DNA of 64,000 nucleotides from Chrysomallon squamiferum (Eukaryota > Animalia > Mollusca): assembly GCA_012295275.1 (NCBI GenBank), contig CM022677.1, forward strand, positions 868,001-932,000. Direction: 5' to 3'. How positions within the stretch are numbered: position 1 is the stretch's first letter; every line of letters starts with the position of its first letter. A program made the position numbers and the translations under genes. Shown here piece after piece: positions 1-13,041 of this stretch. The notes beneath the pieces are model-generated. The model did no database searches and had not been told where the DNA came from. It saw only the letters and a list, made by a program, of their open reading frames with translations.

Positions 1-1861
1 CTTTGTTAAACATAGATAATAACTTCTAGACAGGTATATACTATTTCAACCTATTAATAAATATTATGTTGTGCTTCTAGGACTAATGTTAAATTACTGC
101 TTCAAAACTGTCTTATTTCTATATTTAAAAATCTATCTGAAAAATGAAAGAAGCATGAAATTTCACTAGTGTTCATTAAAATAGTTAGTCTTTTCAAAAA
201 ATCACAAAAACATTATTAAGAATATGGAGAAATACTTCTATGCACAATGACAACAATGACAGACTTTCACCGGAATTGTCTCATCTATGAGAAAGGTTTT
301 TATTTTTACTATATGAATCAAACAAAAATGTCAACATGAAAACATTAATGAAATATACATATTTATATAATCTGTTCATTCTTTGAGCCTTTGAATGAAA
401 GTAAAATATCTCATTCAGCTGTATTGTTTCTTCAGACAAAACCGGTGATCCTTTGACACTGATTCACACAAACATTTTCTTTAGATCATCAACAGTAATT
501 TAAATGAAGTGTTTTCTGTAATGTCTGTTTTGTTCATTTTGGTCACAGACGTTGGTCAAAATAAACACAAAGTTCTTTCACAATAATGTTTCATTTGCAC
601 ATTTGTTTGAATGGTCCAAGGTATTGAATAATGTATGCCAATATTTCTCTGTCCTGAATTTTTCAAGAACAACACTGATTGGTTTTGATGGGTCATTTGT
701 TACATTCATGATGATTGGTTTATTACAGATCAGTGGCCAGACTTTTATTACAGACACCATGACTGGCTATTTTTAACTCTCAGATCACCATGGTTACATG
801 ATTGGTAAATAACAAACTTTTTTACCAGTCTTTTCTTACAGACACAGTGACTGGATAACAGAACTCACAGAATTTTATTACAATCATAATGATTGGTTAA
901 TTTAAAATCCCAGATCTGCTATAATGAAGTCTCATTGGTTGGTGGCCTAACAGTGTCTATCTCAAGCACTTCAATTCTTTGTTTGAGCAGTTTTATCTGT
1001 CTCTCGTAGCGATCTGTCATCCCCTGTAACTGAGTCTCAATTTCTTCAGCTTGCTCTGGTACATCTTCTTTGCTTTATCAAATGCTGATATCAAGGCACT
1101 GTAAGAGAAAAAAAAAAAAAAAAAAATAAATATATAAATAAATAAATTAATAAAATAAAATAAAAGATTATTATTTAAAATTAGTTTATAGTATTAAGGC
1201 ACTATGGGGGAAAACAAAGGAAAATGAAAAGAATATAAAATTAGAATATGCTATTTATGTTACAAAAATACTAATCATATAAAGGAACTACAAAAATAAA
1301 ATTAAAAAGCTATGTAACTATTATGTTAATTTGATTTAAAAATAAAAATAATATAGCAATGCTTTATAAAATAAAGTGAAATAAGATGATGTAAAATTAA
1401 ATTATTTATATTGCAAAAATAAAATTAAAAAAATTAGAATAATAATGATATCAAGACATTACAGGGCAAAAAATAAAGTAAAATAAAGATTATAATATTA
1501 GATATGTCAATTATATTACAGAAATACTAATGCTATCACTACAAAACATTACAAAACAAAACAAAAATAAAATAAAAATTAGATGCAATTTATGTTAGAA
1601 ATATATAAATGTTAATAACAACAATATTAGTAAAAGTGATTTTAGTACTGCACAAAAACTCTTCCACAAAAAATCCCAGACAGAAAAAGCAATGACATTA
1701 TGTCAATTTATATACTGTTTATATAATTATAATATTCATATAATAAGTTTAGTATCAAAATGTCTCTAAATATAATTTGAATTCCTGTTTGAAACGTGTG
1801 TATGTATTTGCATAGACCAATGTTTAGTGTAGAACATGTAGATTATGCATGACATGCATAC

Positions 1862-2665
1862 ACCTGTATGTTTACCTGTTAGCTCATTTCAGGTCACTGA
1901 CAAACTCTGCTGACTGTTGATGTCTGTATGTTTACCTGTTATGTCTGTATGTTTACCTGTTATGTCTGTATGTTTTACCTGTTAGGTCACTGACAAACTC
2001 TGCTGACTGCTGATGTCTGCATGTTTACCTGTTATATGTTTACCTGTTATGTCTGTATGTTTACCTGTTATGTCTGTATGTTTACCTGTTATGTCTGTAT
2101 GTTTACCTGTTAGCTCGTTTCAGGTCACTGACAAACTCTGCTGACTGCTGATGTCTGTATGTTTACCTGTTATGTCTGTATGTTTACCTGTTATGTCTGT
2201 ATGTTTACCTGTTAGCTCGTTTCAGGTCACTGACAAACTCTGCTGACTGCTGATGTCTGTATGTTTACCTGTTATGTCTGTATGTTTACCTGTTATGTCT
2301 GTATGTTTACCTGTTAGCTCGTTTCAGGTCACTGACAAACTCTGCTGACTGCTGATGTCTGTATGTTTACCTGTTATGTCTGTATGTTTACCTGTTATGT
2401 CTGTATGTTTACCTGTTAGCTGTTTCAGGTCACTGACAAATTTCAAATGTTTACCTGTTATGTCTGTTTACCTGTCTGTATGTTTTTTGTCTGTATGTTT
2501 ACCTGTTAGCTCGTTTCAGGTCACTGACAAACTCTGCTGACTGCTGATGTCTGTATGTTGCTGATGTCTGTATGTTTACCTGTTATGTCTGTATGTTTAC
2601 CTGTTAGCTCGTTTCAGGTCACTGACAAACTCTGCTGACTGCTGATGTCTGTATGTTTACTGTTG
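1862..2665. repeat. Composite tandem array of 21-nt units (TGTCTGTATGTTTACCTGTTA) interspersed with longer units carrying the MCC exon 3' end
   Basis: About 23 copies of TTTACCTG (minus strand CAG|GTAAA). The longer units encode RHQQSAEFVSDLKRAN on the minus strand. Confidence 0.95.
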
Positions 2666-3524
2666 ATGTCTTCTGAATTTGAGTCGTTTTTTCTCTTCTG
2701 ACCTGATGTGTGTGACTCACACAGGTCCTGACAAGCTATCTCCATCACATCATTTGATCTCAACTCACAGATAGCTGGCGCTGTCAGTTCATCATCTTCA
2801 TCATCCTGATGATAAACAATTATTCATTAAGAACTTTAGTAATTATGAAAGCTATCAGATTATCATTTTTATTATGATGTTAATCAATGAAAACTTGATT
2901 ATAATAATAAAACTAGAATTGTAATGATTTATACCAATACAATTATTATAATAATTATCAGATTATCATGATCATCCTGATGATAAATGATTGAAACTCG
3001 GTTATATAATAAAATTAGAATTATAAATGTTGTCTGGTCCTTACCTTAACACCTTGATGAATCAAAATTTAAAACATTTAAAATTTAATAATTACAAAGG
3101 TTTTCAATTAATTATTATCATAACGATACATTTATAATTTTAAAAGTAATTATGAAAAAGAATATCAGTGATTATGGCATTCAAAATCAATATTGAGAGC
3201 TAACCTATCATTATTACCTATTATTATTACATTTCTGTTACACTAAGTATTCTTAGAAAGCTACACTTTAAAATTATAATAAAGAACTGCAATAAACAGT
3301 ATCAGTAGTTATGACACAAAATCAATATCTATCTAGTAAGTTTGTATTATTTGGTTTTCTCTGTTTATATGAACAAGTCACTGAATTTAGATTTGTTCTC
3401 TTTTTAAATCAGGTTTAAAACACACAAACGTGACAAATAATAAAATTAATAATGTGACATATCTACTGTGTATGTTATTATTATATTTGGTTCCCGTGTT
3501 TATATAATTATCTCTGTCTAACTG

Positions 3525-3590
3525 CTAGATAAAGTAAGAGAAAATCACATGTTTCTGTTTGCCCAGTCTGTTTATATAATTATGTAATTT

Positions 3591-3642
<52 letters not shown>

Positions 3643-3905
3643 CTAACTTAGAAGATATAAAGTGATAAATAGAACAGAGATAATCACGTTTCTGTTTGCT
3701 CAGTCTGTTTTATATATATATATATATATATATACTGTCTAACTTAGAAGAGATAAAGAGATAAATAAAACAGAGATAATCACGTTTGTGTTTGCCCAGT
3801 CTGTTTATATAATTATATATATATATACTGTCTAACTTAGAAGAGATAAAGTGATAGATAAAACAGAGATAATCACATGTTTGTGTTTGCCATCTCTGCC
3901 CAGTC
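3525..3905. repeat. Degenerate tandem repeat (about 4 units of ~100-140 bp, with TA microsatellite) containing an MCC exon end and donor
   Basis: Recurrent AACTTAGAAGA..GATAAA..ATAATCAC(AT)GTTT(C/G)TGTTTGCCCAGTCTG; the last copy runs into the exon at 3877. Confidence 0.85.
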
Positions 3906-5633
3906 TCTGCTGGTGCTCTGAGATCTCACACTTGAGATGCTCAATCTGTATTCTGTAGGCCTGCTCCTGTGACTCCTTACCACTCAGTCTCAACTCCAGA
4001 GCTCTCTTCTCCTTCTCCATTAAGTAGTTCTGAGCCTTCAGCTCTGCCTTCTCCTCCTGAAAATCAAAATCACAACAAGGTGAGTAAACTGAGTCAGAAA
4101 ATGTTTTAATACAAATACAGTATGATTCAAAATAAAGACCAAAGTGTCATTAATAAAATCAAAAGAACAGAAATACTAGTTAATGTAGTACAAGACATCA
4201 AGGTAGTTTTAATAATATGCTATTCTAATGTTAAGAATAAATCTGTCTAGAATCCCAGAAAATATTTTTAAATACATAGAATGAACATAATAATAAATAT
4301 AAAACAAAGATCAAAGTGTTATTGATAAAAGAATATGAAAAGAAAAAATACAATACAAAAATAGAAGACAATTTTTATATTAATTTATTCAAACTGTTAA
4401 AAACACAAACACAATGAGAGAAGACTCCTGTTCACAAATAATAATAGGTTATTCTCTTTTAAGATTAGCAGCAAGGAATTTTTATATAGACAGAACAACA
4501 CATTTAGTAACACAGACCTTCATAGCCATCAGCTCCTGCATTAACACAGCATTTTCCAAATCCAGTCTTTGAGCTTCTGGAGTTTTCTTGGGTTCATCAA
4601 GCAGAGGATCAAAGTGTAAACTCTCCAGCTCCATGACGGTCATTCTGACCACTGCCCGGTCATTCTTCAGTGACTTAATGTACTCACGCAGTCTCTGTTC
4701 ATCCTGTTTGGTGAAGTCAATGTCCACTGAGCTGGCCGTAGAACTGGATGTGCTGGACAATTCAAAATGTAAAGTTGGTTTGGTAAAGATTATCACTAGT
4801 CATTGAAAAGTAAGTTAATGCACTTGAAATATATAATTCTATAATTAGGTGAAATCCTTTTAAAAAGATAGTTAATGCAAAGTCCAGTTAATTAACTAAA
4901 TTTTAATAAACTACAAAGTCTAAATTTATCTTAGTTAAAAAATAATCCCAGTTAGATGCAAAACTATATTTTTTTAATTATAAGTCCATTTAGGTTAACA
5001 AAAGCAATATTAAAGGTATAAAATTAGATTTCAATAAATACAAAATAAAGATAATTTATATATATAAAAACAAAATCACTTTAAGTATCAAAAACAAAGT
5101 GGATTAAATTCAATACAAGGTAAAAAAAATACAGTCCATTTAAATATAAATTCCGTTTAATTACTGAAAAACAAATTATTAATGTAAAAAATAAAGTCAA
5201 TTTCACTATTCATCTTTAAAAGAACAATTAAAATGCTAAAGACAAAATCTCTTTAGACAGAAAAGTAATTATAGTAAAGTATAAAAACAAACTGAAAGCA
5301 GAATATCAGGTGTCACCTTGAAGTAGTGAAAAACAAAGTGTATTAATTAATAAAGTGAGTTGCAGTACTTATAAAACTAAATATAAAATAATAGAAAACA
5401 AAGTCCATTTAACATAAAAAGACTTCAAGTAAAGCGTCACCTTGCAGTTCTACTGTTAAAAGAGAGATCCTCCCAGGGGTGAGAAGTACAGGGTGTGGTG
5501 TGAACTCCACAGCTTCTGTCCAGTTTGTGAAGTAGATGTCGAGCCACGCCTTCTGCAGACTTCCTCGAGTGATGAGCTCTCTGTAGTATAGATGTCACCT
5601 CCACCTGATCCTCACACTCCCCTGACTCATCAG

Positions 5634-6141
5634 CTGAAAATACACACAGAGAAAACACACTTCTGTATTAATATACACATTTACTGAAAATAAACACAGA
5701 GAAAACACACTTCTGTATTAATATACACACTTACTGAAAATAAACACAGAGAAAACACACTTCTGTATTAATGTACACACTTACTGAAAATAAACAGAGA
5801 AAACACACTTCTGTATTAATATACACACTTACTGAAAATAAACACAGAGAAAATACACTTCTGTATTAATGTACACACTTACTGAAAATAAAACACAGAA
5901 AACACACTTCTGTATTAAAACACACTTCTGTATTAATGTACACACTTACTGAAAATACACACAGAGAAAACACACTTCTGTATTAATATACACACTTACT
6001 GTAAATACACACAGAGAAAACACACTTCTGTATTAATATACACACTTACTGAAAATAAACACAGAGAAAATACACTTCTATATTAATATGAACACTTACT
6101 GTAAATACACACAGAGAAAACACACTTCTGTATTAATATAC
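5634..6141. repeat. ~50-bp minisatellite, about 10 copies, abutting an MCC splice acceptor
   Basis: Unit CTGAAAATACACACAGAGAAAACACACTTCTGTATTAATATACACACTTA with period 50 (5634, 5684, ...). Confidence 0.95.
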
Positions 6142-6239
6142 TGTCTTAGCAAAATCAAGACTTGGTAAAATTAATATTACAGACTTACTGAAATTAATAA
6201 CAGCCTTATTGAAATTAACATAAAGACTTATTAAAATGA

Positions 6240-6270
<31 letters not shown>

Positions 6271-6282
6271 TTATGGAAATGA

Positions 6283-6323
<41 letters not shown>

Positions 6324-6866
6324 ATGGAAATAATACACTGACACTGAAATTAATCTGATTGTAATTAAAATAAAGATTTACTGAAATTAACACACATACA
6401 CTAATTAAAATTAAATATACATTTAATAAAATTAACATAGAGACTTACTGGAGAGTTAGTTAACAACACTAACATGCACAGATGTCATAAAATTAACTTA
6501 CACTAAAATATACAGATATAAAATATAATACTGTACTTTAGGCTAATTTCAGTGTCTATGTATTTACAGCTACTCGCTGAAAGTTAACATTACATACAGA
6601 AAAGTAACACACTGAAAATAAATCCTTCTTACTGAAATGAAATACATGCATACTGAAAATTATTTAAATACTGAATTTTTAGATAAATAAATGGACACAA
6701 ACACACACACACACACACATTCTGAAATTAATAATCACTAATACTGAAATTGTAAAGATACACACAGACATACACTCAAAAATGAACTTCATTTACGTAT
6801 AAAAAAAAGAATGAATTTCAATGATGTAGCAATTACTGAAATAATATATTTTTAAATAAGAATTTT

Positions 6867-6988
6867 AGTCAATTGCAGGATTCAAAGGGAGAACCAGTTT
6901 ACTTCCTTGTGTCAAGAAAATGTGGAACTTTTAAAATATGTTCTGAAACTGTGTGTCAGCAAATCTATCAGTTGGTGAGTCAATTAAT
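6867..6988. repeat. Left arm of a ~122-bp near-perfect inverted repeat (partner 11334-11455)
   Basis: The reverse complement of AGTCAATTGCAGGATTCAAAGGGAGAACC...GTTGGTGAGTCAATTAAT matches 11334-11455 with about 3 mismatches. Confidence 0.9.
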
Positions 6989-7471
6989 ATAAGTCCTGCA
7001 GCTCTACAGTTAGCTAACAAAACTCCCATCTCACTCTCCAGCAGAACACACAGCACTTCATAAGCCTCTATCACCTGAAACAAAGTCTGAACAATTTCCT
7101 GCATGTTAGAACAGCTCTGTAAACTCTGCACTAAATGTTCGGCTAATTTCAATTTAGCTGAAGTAGAAATTGTGAAAAAGTCAAAAGTCAAAAGTTATTC
7201 TGAGATATTGTTTAAAAATTTATTTTTTTAACTGATTTGAAATGGTAATACCACAGGCAAAAAACCCCCAAAACCTCAACACTTTAATGAATTAAAACAT
7301 CATACTGGAAATTATGAAAAACATGTCTATGAGTTATTCAGTATCGCTGCAAACTTTTAATTTTGTTTTTCATATTTTTCATATAATTATCAGATAACAA
7401 TATACTGTCAGTATATTCCAATTTAAGTTTTAAATGTGTTAAGCATTAGTTATAAATTTGCTAAAAGTATT

Positions 7472-7522
<51 letters not shown>

Positions 7523-9109
7523 TTATCTAACACTAGCAAGTCCAAACATTTCTAAGAATTTTCATTTTCAAAATTAATTTTAAGAATGAAAAAAGGATAA
7601 ATGATTTGACAAATGCATTAGAACAGATTAAAATGATGTTAAATATAAAATTATCTGATTTGATTCTTTTCTCTTTGTTTTATTGGGATAAAAACACCAA
7701 TGTGAACACAGACATATAAAGAAAGAAAGCAAAATGAGATTTACCCCAAGGGAGGTAATTTCAGCACCACGAATCTGTCTGTCTCCAGCACATATTTTTA
7801 ATTTCTTCAGTTCTGCTATTTTAGCTACAGGAATCTAATCACTGCCTTCAGTGGTCCTGTGAATTAATTAATATTACATAAATAAATAAATAAATACAAA
7901 TATTTACATAACTTAAATAAAACCTACACTGTCAAATATTTTTAATAGGTAAATAAGCAGCAAATGCATGACTTACAATAGAAAGAAATATACAAAGTAA
8001 AAAATAATAATAATAATAATAATAATAATATACAAGTTTTTCATATACTCTTTAAACTATAACAAAAAGGTAACAATTTATCTGGTAACTCTTTTTCCTG
8101 TAACAAAAATGTTACAATTTATCTAATAACTCTTTCAACAGTGACAAAAATGTAACATTCATCTCTTAAAAATGTAACAAAAGCCATACTATATAACAGT
8201 TTATCCAAAAACTCTTTCAACAGTAACAAAACTGTAACAATTCATCTCTTAAAAATGTAATAAAAGCCATATTATATAACTGAAGGAAAAAGTAGTCTTA
8301 ATAATTAAGATTACTTATGTTTTGTGTTTTAATTCTATCTAAAAAAAAAAATGAAAATATAATCATTTTTAATATTTATGCGGAGTTACCTTTTTTTCAA
8401 CTTCTCCCTGTCATCATTGATATATTCAATATGGCTACATAGCTGTATAAGTTCTATTTCCTGTCTGCCTATCTGTTCTTGTAGAGCATTGTTTTCTACT
8501 CGCAGTGAGTTCACCTCCTCCTGCAGATACTTTGAGCATTGTGCTTTTCAGCATCTTCTCTGAGACGTTGAATGACATTGTGATCATCAGACACATCGTG
8601 GAGAGGAAAGTCTTTTCTTTCTGCAATGGCTGACTCCAGTTCAATGACAACTGAGGAAAAAAATTTATTTCATTATCTATGGGAAAAATTAAACATTCTC
8701 AAAAATGATTATAATTAAATATTTTAAAAAATCCAGCAAATATTAATATCTATATATATAATAAATTAAAATGAATAACCTTTTAAAACAACTGGATATC
8801 TATCTAAGCACAGACTAAAACAATTAGTCACTGTACAAAAAAAGTTATAAAAGTAAATGATTACCAGGTCTCGCAGACTGGGAGCCATTTGCATTATTCT
8901 CGTTGATACTTCCTCCACCATTGCTTTTGTCTCTGAGTCTTTAAACTCATCTTCTTCTCTATACAGTAATGAAAAAAAAAATAATAATAATAAAATAAAA
9001 ATTCCAAATGTTTACTCATGTCTGGAATTTGCTATTTTAATTATATATTTATTTGGTACTTTGTTTCTAATTCATTCTAACAGTAAATAAATGAGTAATG
9101 TTTCATTAT

Positions 9110-9995
9110 AAGTTTAAATTGTATTAAAATCAATGAAGAACAGCAAACTCGTGATATTTTACAACTGAAAAATAACAAACCTGTACTGTTTCATTTATGT
9201 GATTGAACTGCATTAAAAAAACAGCGAAGAACGACAAACACACTTTGAACTGAATAATGACAAACTTGTAATATTTCATTGTTTCTAGCTACACTGTACT
9301 GTTTCATTACATGTTTAAATTGCATTAAAAACAGTGAAGAACAGCAAACACACTTTAAACTGAATAATTACAAACTTGTAATATTTCATTATGTTTCCAG
9401 CTATACTGTACTGTTTCATTACATGTTTAAATTGCATTAAAAACAGTGAAGAACAGCAAACACACTTTAAACTGAATAATTACAAACTTGTAATATTTCA
9501 TTATGTTTCCAGCTACACTGTACTGTTTCATTACATGTTTAAATTGCATTAAAAACAGTGAAGAACAGCAAACACACTTTAAACTGAATAATTACAAACT
9601 TGTAATATTTCATTATGTTTCCAGCTATATTGTACTGTTTCATTACATGTTTAAATTGCATTAAAAACAGTGAAGAACAGCAAACACACTTTAAACTGAA
9701 TAATTACAAACTTGTAATATTTCATTATTATGTTTCATTACACTTTAAACTGAATAATTACAAACTTGTAATATTTCATTATGTTTCCAGCTATACTGTA
9801 CTGTTTCATTACATGTTTAAATTGCATTAAAAACAGTGAAGAACAGCAAACACACTTTAAACTGAATAATTACAAACTTGTAATATTTCTTTATGTTTCC
9901 AGCTACACTGTACTGTTTCATTATGTTTCCAGCTACACTGTACTGTTTCATTACATGTTTAAATTGCATTAAAAACAGTGAAGAACAGCAGACTC
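9110..9995. repeat. 112-bp tandem repeat, about 7-8 copies
   Basis: CACTTTAAACTGAATAATTACAAACTTG recurs at 9351, 9463 and 9575 (period 112); outer copies are degenerate. Confidence 0.95.
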
Positions 9996-10721
9996 ATATT
10001 ATATATTATTTCACATCTGACTAAAACTACTGACCTGATGACATTAATCTGCTGTTATTATGTAATTTCACATGTAATTTTGTCTCAATCAACAAACACA
10101 TCCACACACAGAGATAAACAGGGAGGGGGGGAATCAATCTACTGGACCATACTTACCTTTAACAGCAAACCTGCCATGACAACAATTGCTACAGACAGCT
10201 ACATCAATCAACAGACAGAAATAAGTCATAGTTACCTGAGTGTGGTCTCTGACAGACCTGCAGACACACAACAAAATGTACACAGTGATAAAACTCAAGT
10301 CATTAGCATGCAGCTACTGCAGTGTCCATCACCATAGAAACTCCAGCCAGTTCTGAAACCTTGCAAAACATGCAAACTTTCAGGAACTACTTGAAACACA
10401 ATCAAAACTGCACTTCACTTATCAACATGCTAGACTCAGCTGCCATTAAACACAAACCTAAAACCAAAAACTGCATTAACAAAAATAGACAACAATTTAA
10501 TAACAAACAAAATCATTGAAATTGTTAGAGCCAAGTTCGGATGCCACATACAGAAGATAATCACATCTTGTAAAAACTTTTACCAAGTATTGACAGTATG
10601 TGCTAGAATAAAACATACAACCATTAAAATACAGACAAAAACCTACACACACTAAAATACTGTGTTAAAATCCACTCTCGGTAATAAACATCTTATCAAG
10701 GATCTAGGCCATGATCAACCC

Positions 10722-10818
10722 TTTAAAACTCACCTTTCACTACAATCTAGTTTTAAAACTCACCTTTCACTACAATCTAGTTTTAAAACTCACCTTTCAC
10801 TACAATCTGGTTTTTAAA
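10722..10818. repeat. 30-bp tandem repeat x3 containing a minus-strand donor-like AAG|GTGAGT
   Basis: TTTAAAACTCACCTTTCACTACAATCTAG repeated three times. Confidence 0.9.
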
Positions 10819-11333
10819 CAACAGTCAGCCATATTGAAATGGAGACTGGAGTGGGTGAATGTTGCAACCAGCAAATAGTAATCAAATAAAATCAATATTA
10901 GTTACACCTTTCATCATCAAAACCCAAAATCATTTTAGTAACAAACTACATAACAACAATCTTACCAGACTCAGAATCAGCTACTCAACTAATCTAAACA
11001 CAGTAAAATTCAAACACAAAATAAACACAACACCAAACTGTACCCATGGAATTTCTGAAAGCATGAAACCTCACTTATTTCTCTGTGAACACCTAATCCT
11101 ACATGACACATTCAATCAATTAAAAACAGAATTTATACTTACAAACAGTGAAAAACTGAGAGCCAAACTTTAATACAAACAAATAGACACAAATGTTTGA
11201 TTAATTAAATTCAAAAACATAACATAAACACATAGGTCAAAAAAAAAAAAAAATAAATAGCATACACAATAACTAACAAAACAAAAAGCAATACACCACT
11301 ACAAAACAATTGTATCAATTATTTAATTAATAG

Positions 11334-11455
11334 ATTAACTGACTCACCAACTGATAGATTTGCTGACACACACTTTCAGAACATATTTTAAAAGTTCCAC
11401 ATTTTCTTGACACAAGGAAGTAAACTGGTTCTCCCTTTGAATCCTGCAAATGACT
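11334..11455. repeat. Right arm of the ~122-bp inverted repeat (partner 6867-6988)
   Basis: ATTAACTGACTCACCAACTGATAGATTTGCTGACACAC...CCCTTTGAATCCTGCAAATGACT is the reverse complement of 6867-6988. Confidence 0.9.
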
Positions 11456-12032
11456 CAGACAAAATTAGTCATATTCTTGAGTAAAAAGCTGCAGAAACTG
11501 AATTTCACATGTAAAAGTGTGCAGTTTTCTTCTGCCTGATTTCTTTTCTCTCTCAGAGTTACCCCATTCAGTCTGCAGTCCTGTCAGTTTGTTCTGACTA
11601 ATGCTGTAAAAAAGCAATAAAAGATATAACAGACCAGTAACCCCCCCCCAAACACACACACACATTCAAATGTACTCTATAAAAATGATGGAGAAATTAC
11701 AAATTAATTGCTGCTTAAATAGGAAAAATACTAATGAAAAAACCCATACAAGTTCTCTCTACTTTCTTCATTGGAATGCTTTGAATTAATTATTTTTCAG
11801 CAGCAAAACAAACAAAAAATCTGAATTCTTATAATACTTATACATTATTTGAAATAACTGTCCTAATTCAGATGATAAAAATTTCTCTTTTTATAAAAAT
11901 CATTTTAATGAGCCTTGTTTATCCAGGTAAATTTTTTACAATTGATTTAACACTTAAAATGTTCTGATTTCCAAATTTAATTCTATAACAGTCTCTAACA
12001 TGAATAAATAATATTACTCTAGAAAAACTTAC

Positions 12033-12258
12033 TTTTTCTATAAGTTATAACACAAGAGCCACTATTAATAATTTTATAATAAATATTTGTCGCAGTTCGA
12101 TAAATTGAAAGTATCGGCTTACCTTAATTTGTCAACATCTATGATCTAAAATGAAATAAGAAAATTCTTTATTAATTAAAATATCCACAAAAATTTAGTC
12201 CTAGTTATACAAATCAGCAGGTTAGACATTTTAAAACAAACCTTGACAAAAATGGAAT

Positions 12259-12317
<59 letters not shown>

Positions 12318-12940
12318 TTACAGTATTATACTTTATAGGCTTGGATTTTTCAAAAGAAAAATTAAAGGAAAGCAACATGAAATGACAGTGAGTAAAGTTT
12401 AGCGTGTGACAAAAATAAGAAAATCAATGACTTTCCTCTATAAAATATGCAGGCGTTCAACTTTTCGTTTTAGTATTTTTTCTTTATGTCTTTATTTATT
12501 TTATTTTCTATTTTTATTTTTATTTTTATTTTTATTTATTTTTTATTCCGGGTAAGTAATCCTACCGGAATTGAAAACGAAAAACAATAGGAAATAGAGT
12601 TATCTTCGATGATAACTTGTTCCGTTAACCAACCGATAATTATTGACGTGACGCTCTAAAAGTTCGCTAAATTTGTTCGTTGGCTTCACTTTAGCCAATT
12701 AAAGGTGGAATGTAAAAGTAAAAACATTAGCAAACAATGAGTTACAGTGTTTTCCTATGATATCTTGTTCCGTTAACCAACCGATAATCCTTTAACGTAG
12801 GGTTTAAAAACAGATGTTGGCAAATAAGGTAAGCCGATACGTCCAACTTATGGAACTATGGGCACTCGTTTTATGTGAAATAAATATTTGCGATAAAATT
12901 ATTATAAAATTATTATCTTGTGTTATAACCTACAGAAAAA
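12033..12940. repeat. Diverged inverted repeat (arms ~12033-12140 and ~12812-12940) flanking a CpG-containing core with a ~35-bp direct repeat
   Basis: GTATCGGCTTACCTTAATTTGTCAACATCT versus AGATGTTGGCAAATAAGGTAAGCCGATAC; GTTATAACACAAGA versus TCTTGTGTTATAAC; CTTGTTCCGTTAACCAACCGATAAT occurs at ~12616 and ~12764. Confidence 0.8.
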
Positions 12941-12944
12941 ATAT

Positions 12945-13041
12945 TTTTGGGGCGACTAACCATAATGTTTCTAACATCCCAGTCGCCTAAACGGAACTTT
13001 GGTCGCATTTGGTGACTGGCGAATGGCCATTTCGAGTCCTG
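12945..13041. mobile_element. Terminal fragment of a probable hAT-type non-autonomous DNA transposon
   Basis: Repeated GCGAC/GTCGC subterminal motifs ending ...ATTTCGAGTCCTG (reverse complement CAGGACTCGAAAT), resembling CAGGGCTCGAAAT hAT-like termini. The other end was not found. Confidence 0.4.

Larger units (their letters stand above)
919..8958 (-). pseudogene. MCC: MCC (colorectal mutant cancer protein / MCC-USHBP1 family) 3' portion, disrupted. Exon remnants approx 8865-8958, 8390-8650, 7745-7856, ~6989-7170, 5441-5633, 4518-4752, 3877-4056, 2601-2805, 919-1098
   Basis: Translated exons match recalled vertebrate MCC: REEDEF; AKIAE...GAEITSLG; AEHLVQSLQSCSNMQEIVQTL; IEAYEVL...CRAAG; PWEDLSFNS; STASSVDIDFTKQDEQRLREYIKSLKNDRA..QRLDLENAVLMQELMAMKEEKAELKAQNYLMEKEKRALEL; RHQQSAEFVSDLKRANS; C-terminal PDZ-binding NETSL*. 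Most junctions are GT-AG. Lesions: in-frame TAG at 7835-7837, frameshifts near 8530, 2690 and 1040, and internal deletions. Confidence 0.85.

Noticed and set aside
1862-2665. Repeat-spacer-like look suggesting a CRISPR array
   Set aside because: The 'spacers' are identical exon-derived sequence, the context is eukaryotic, and there are no cas genes.
9615-9972. Duplicated ORFs MFPAILYCFITC...
   Set aside because: By-products of the 112-bp tandem repeat.
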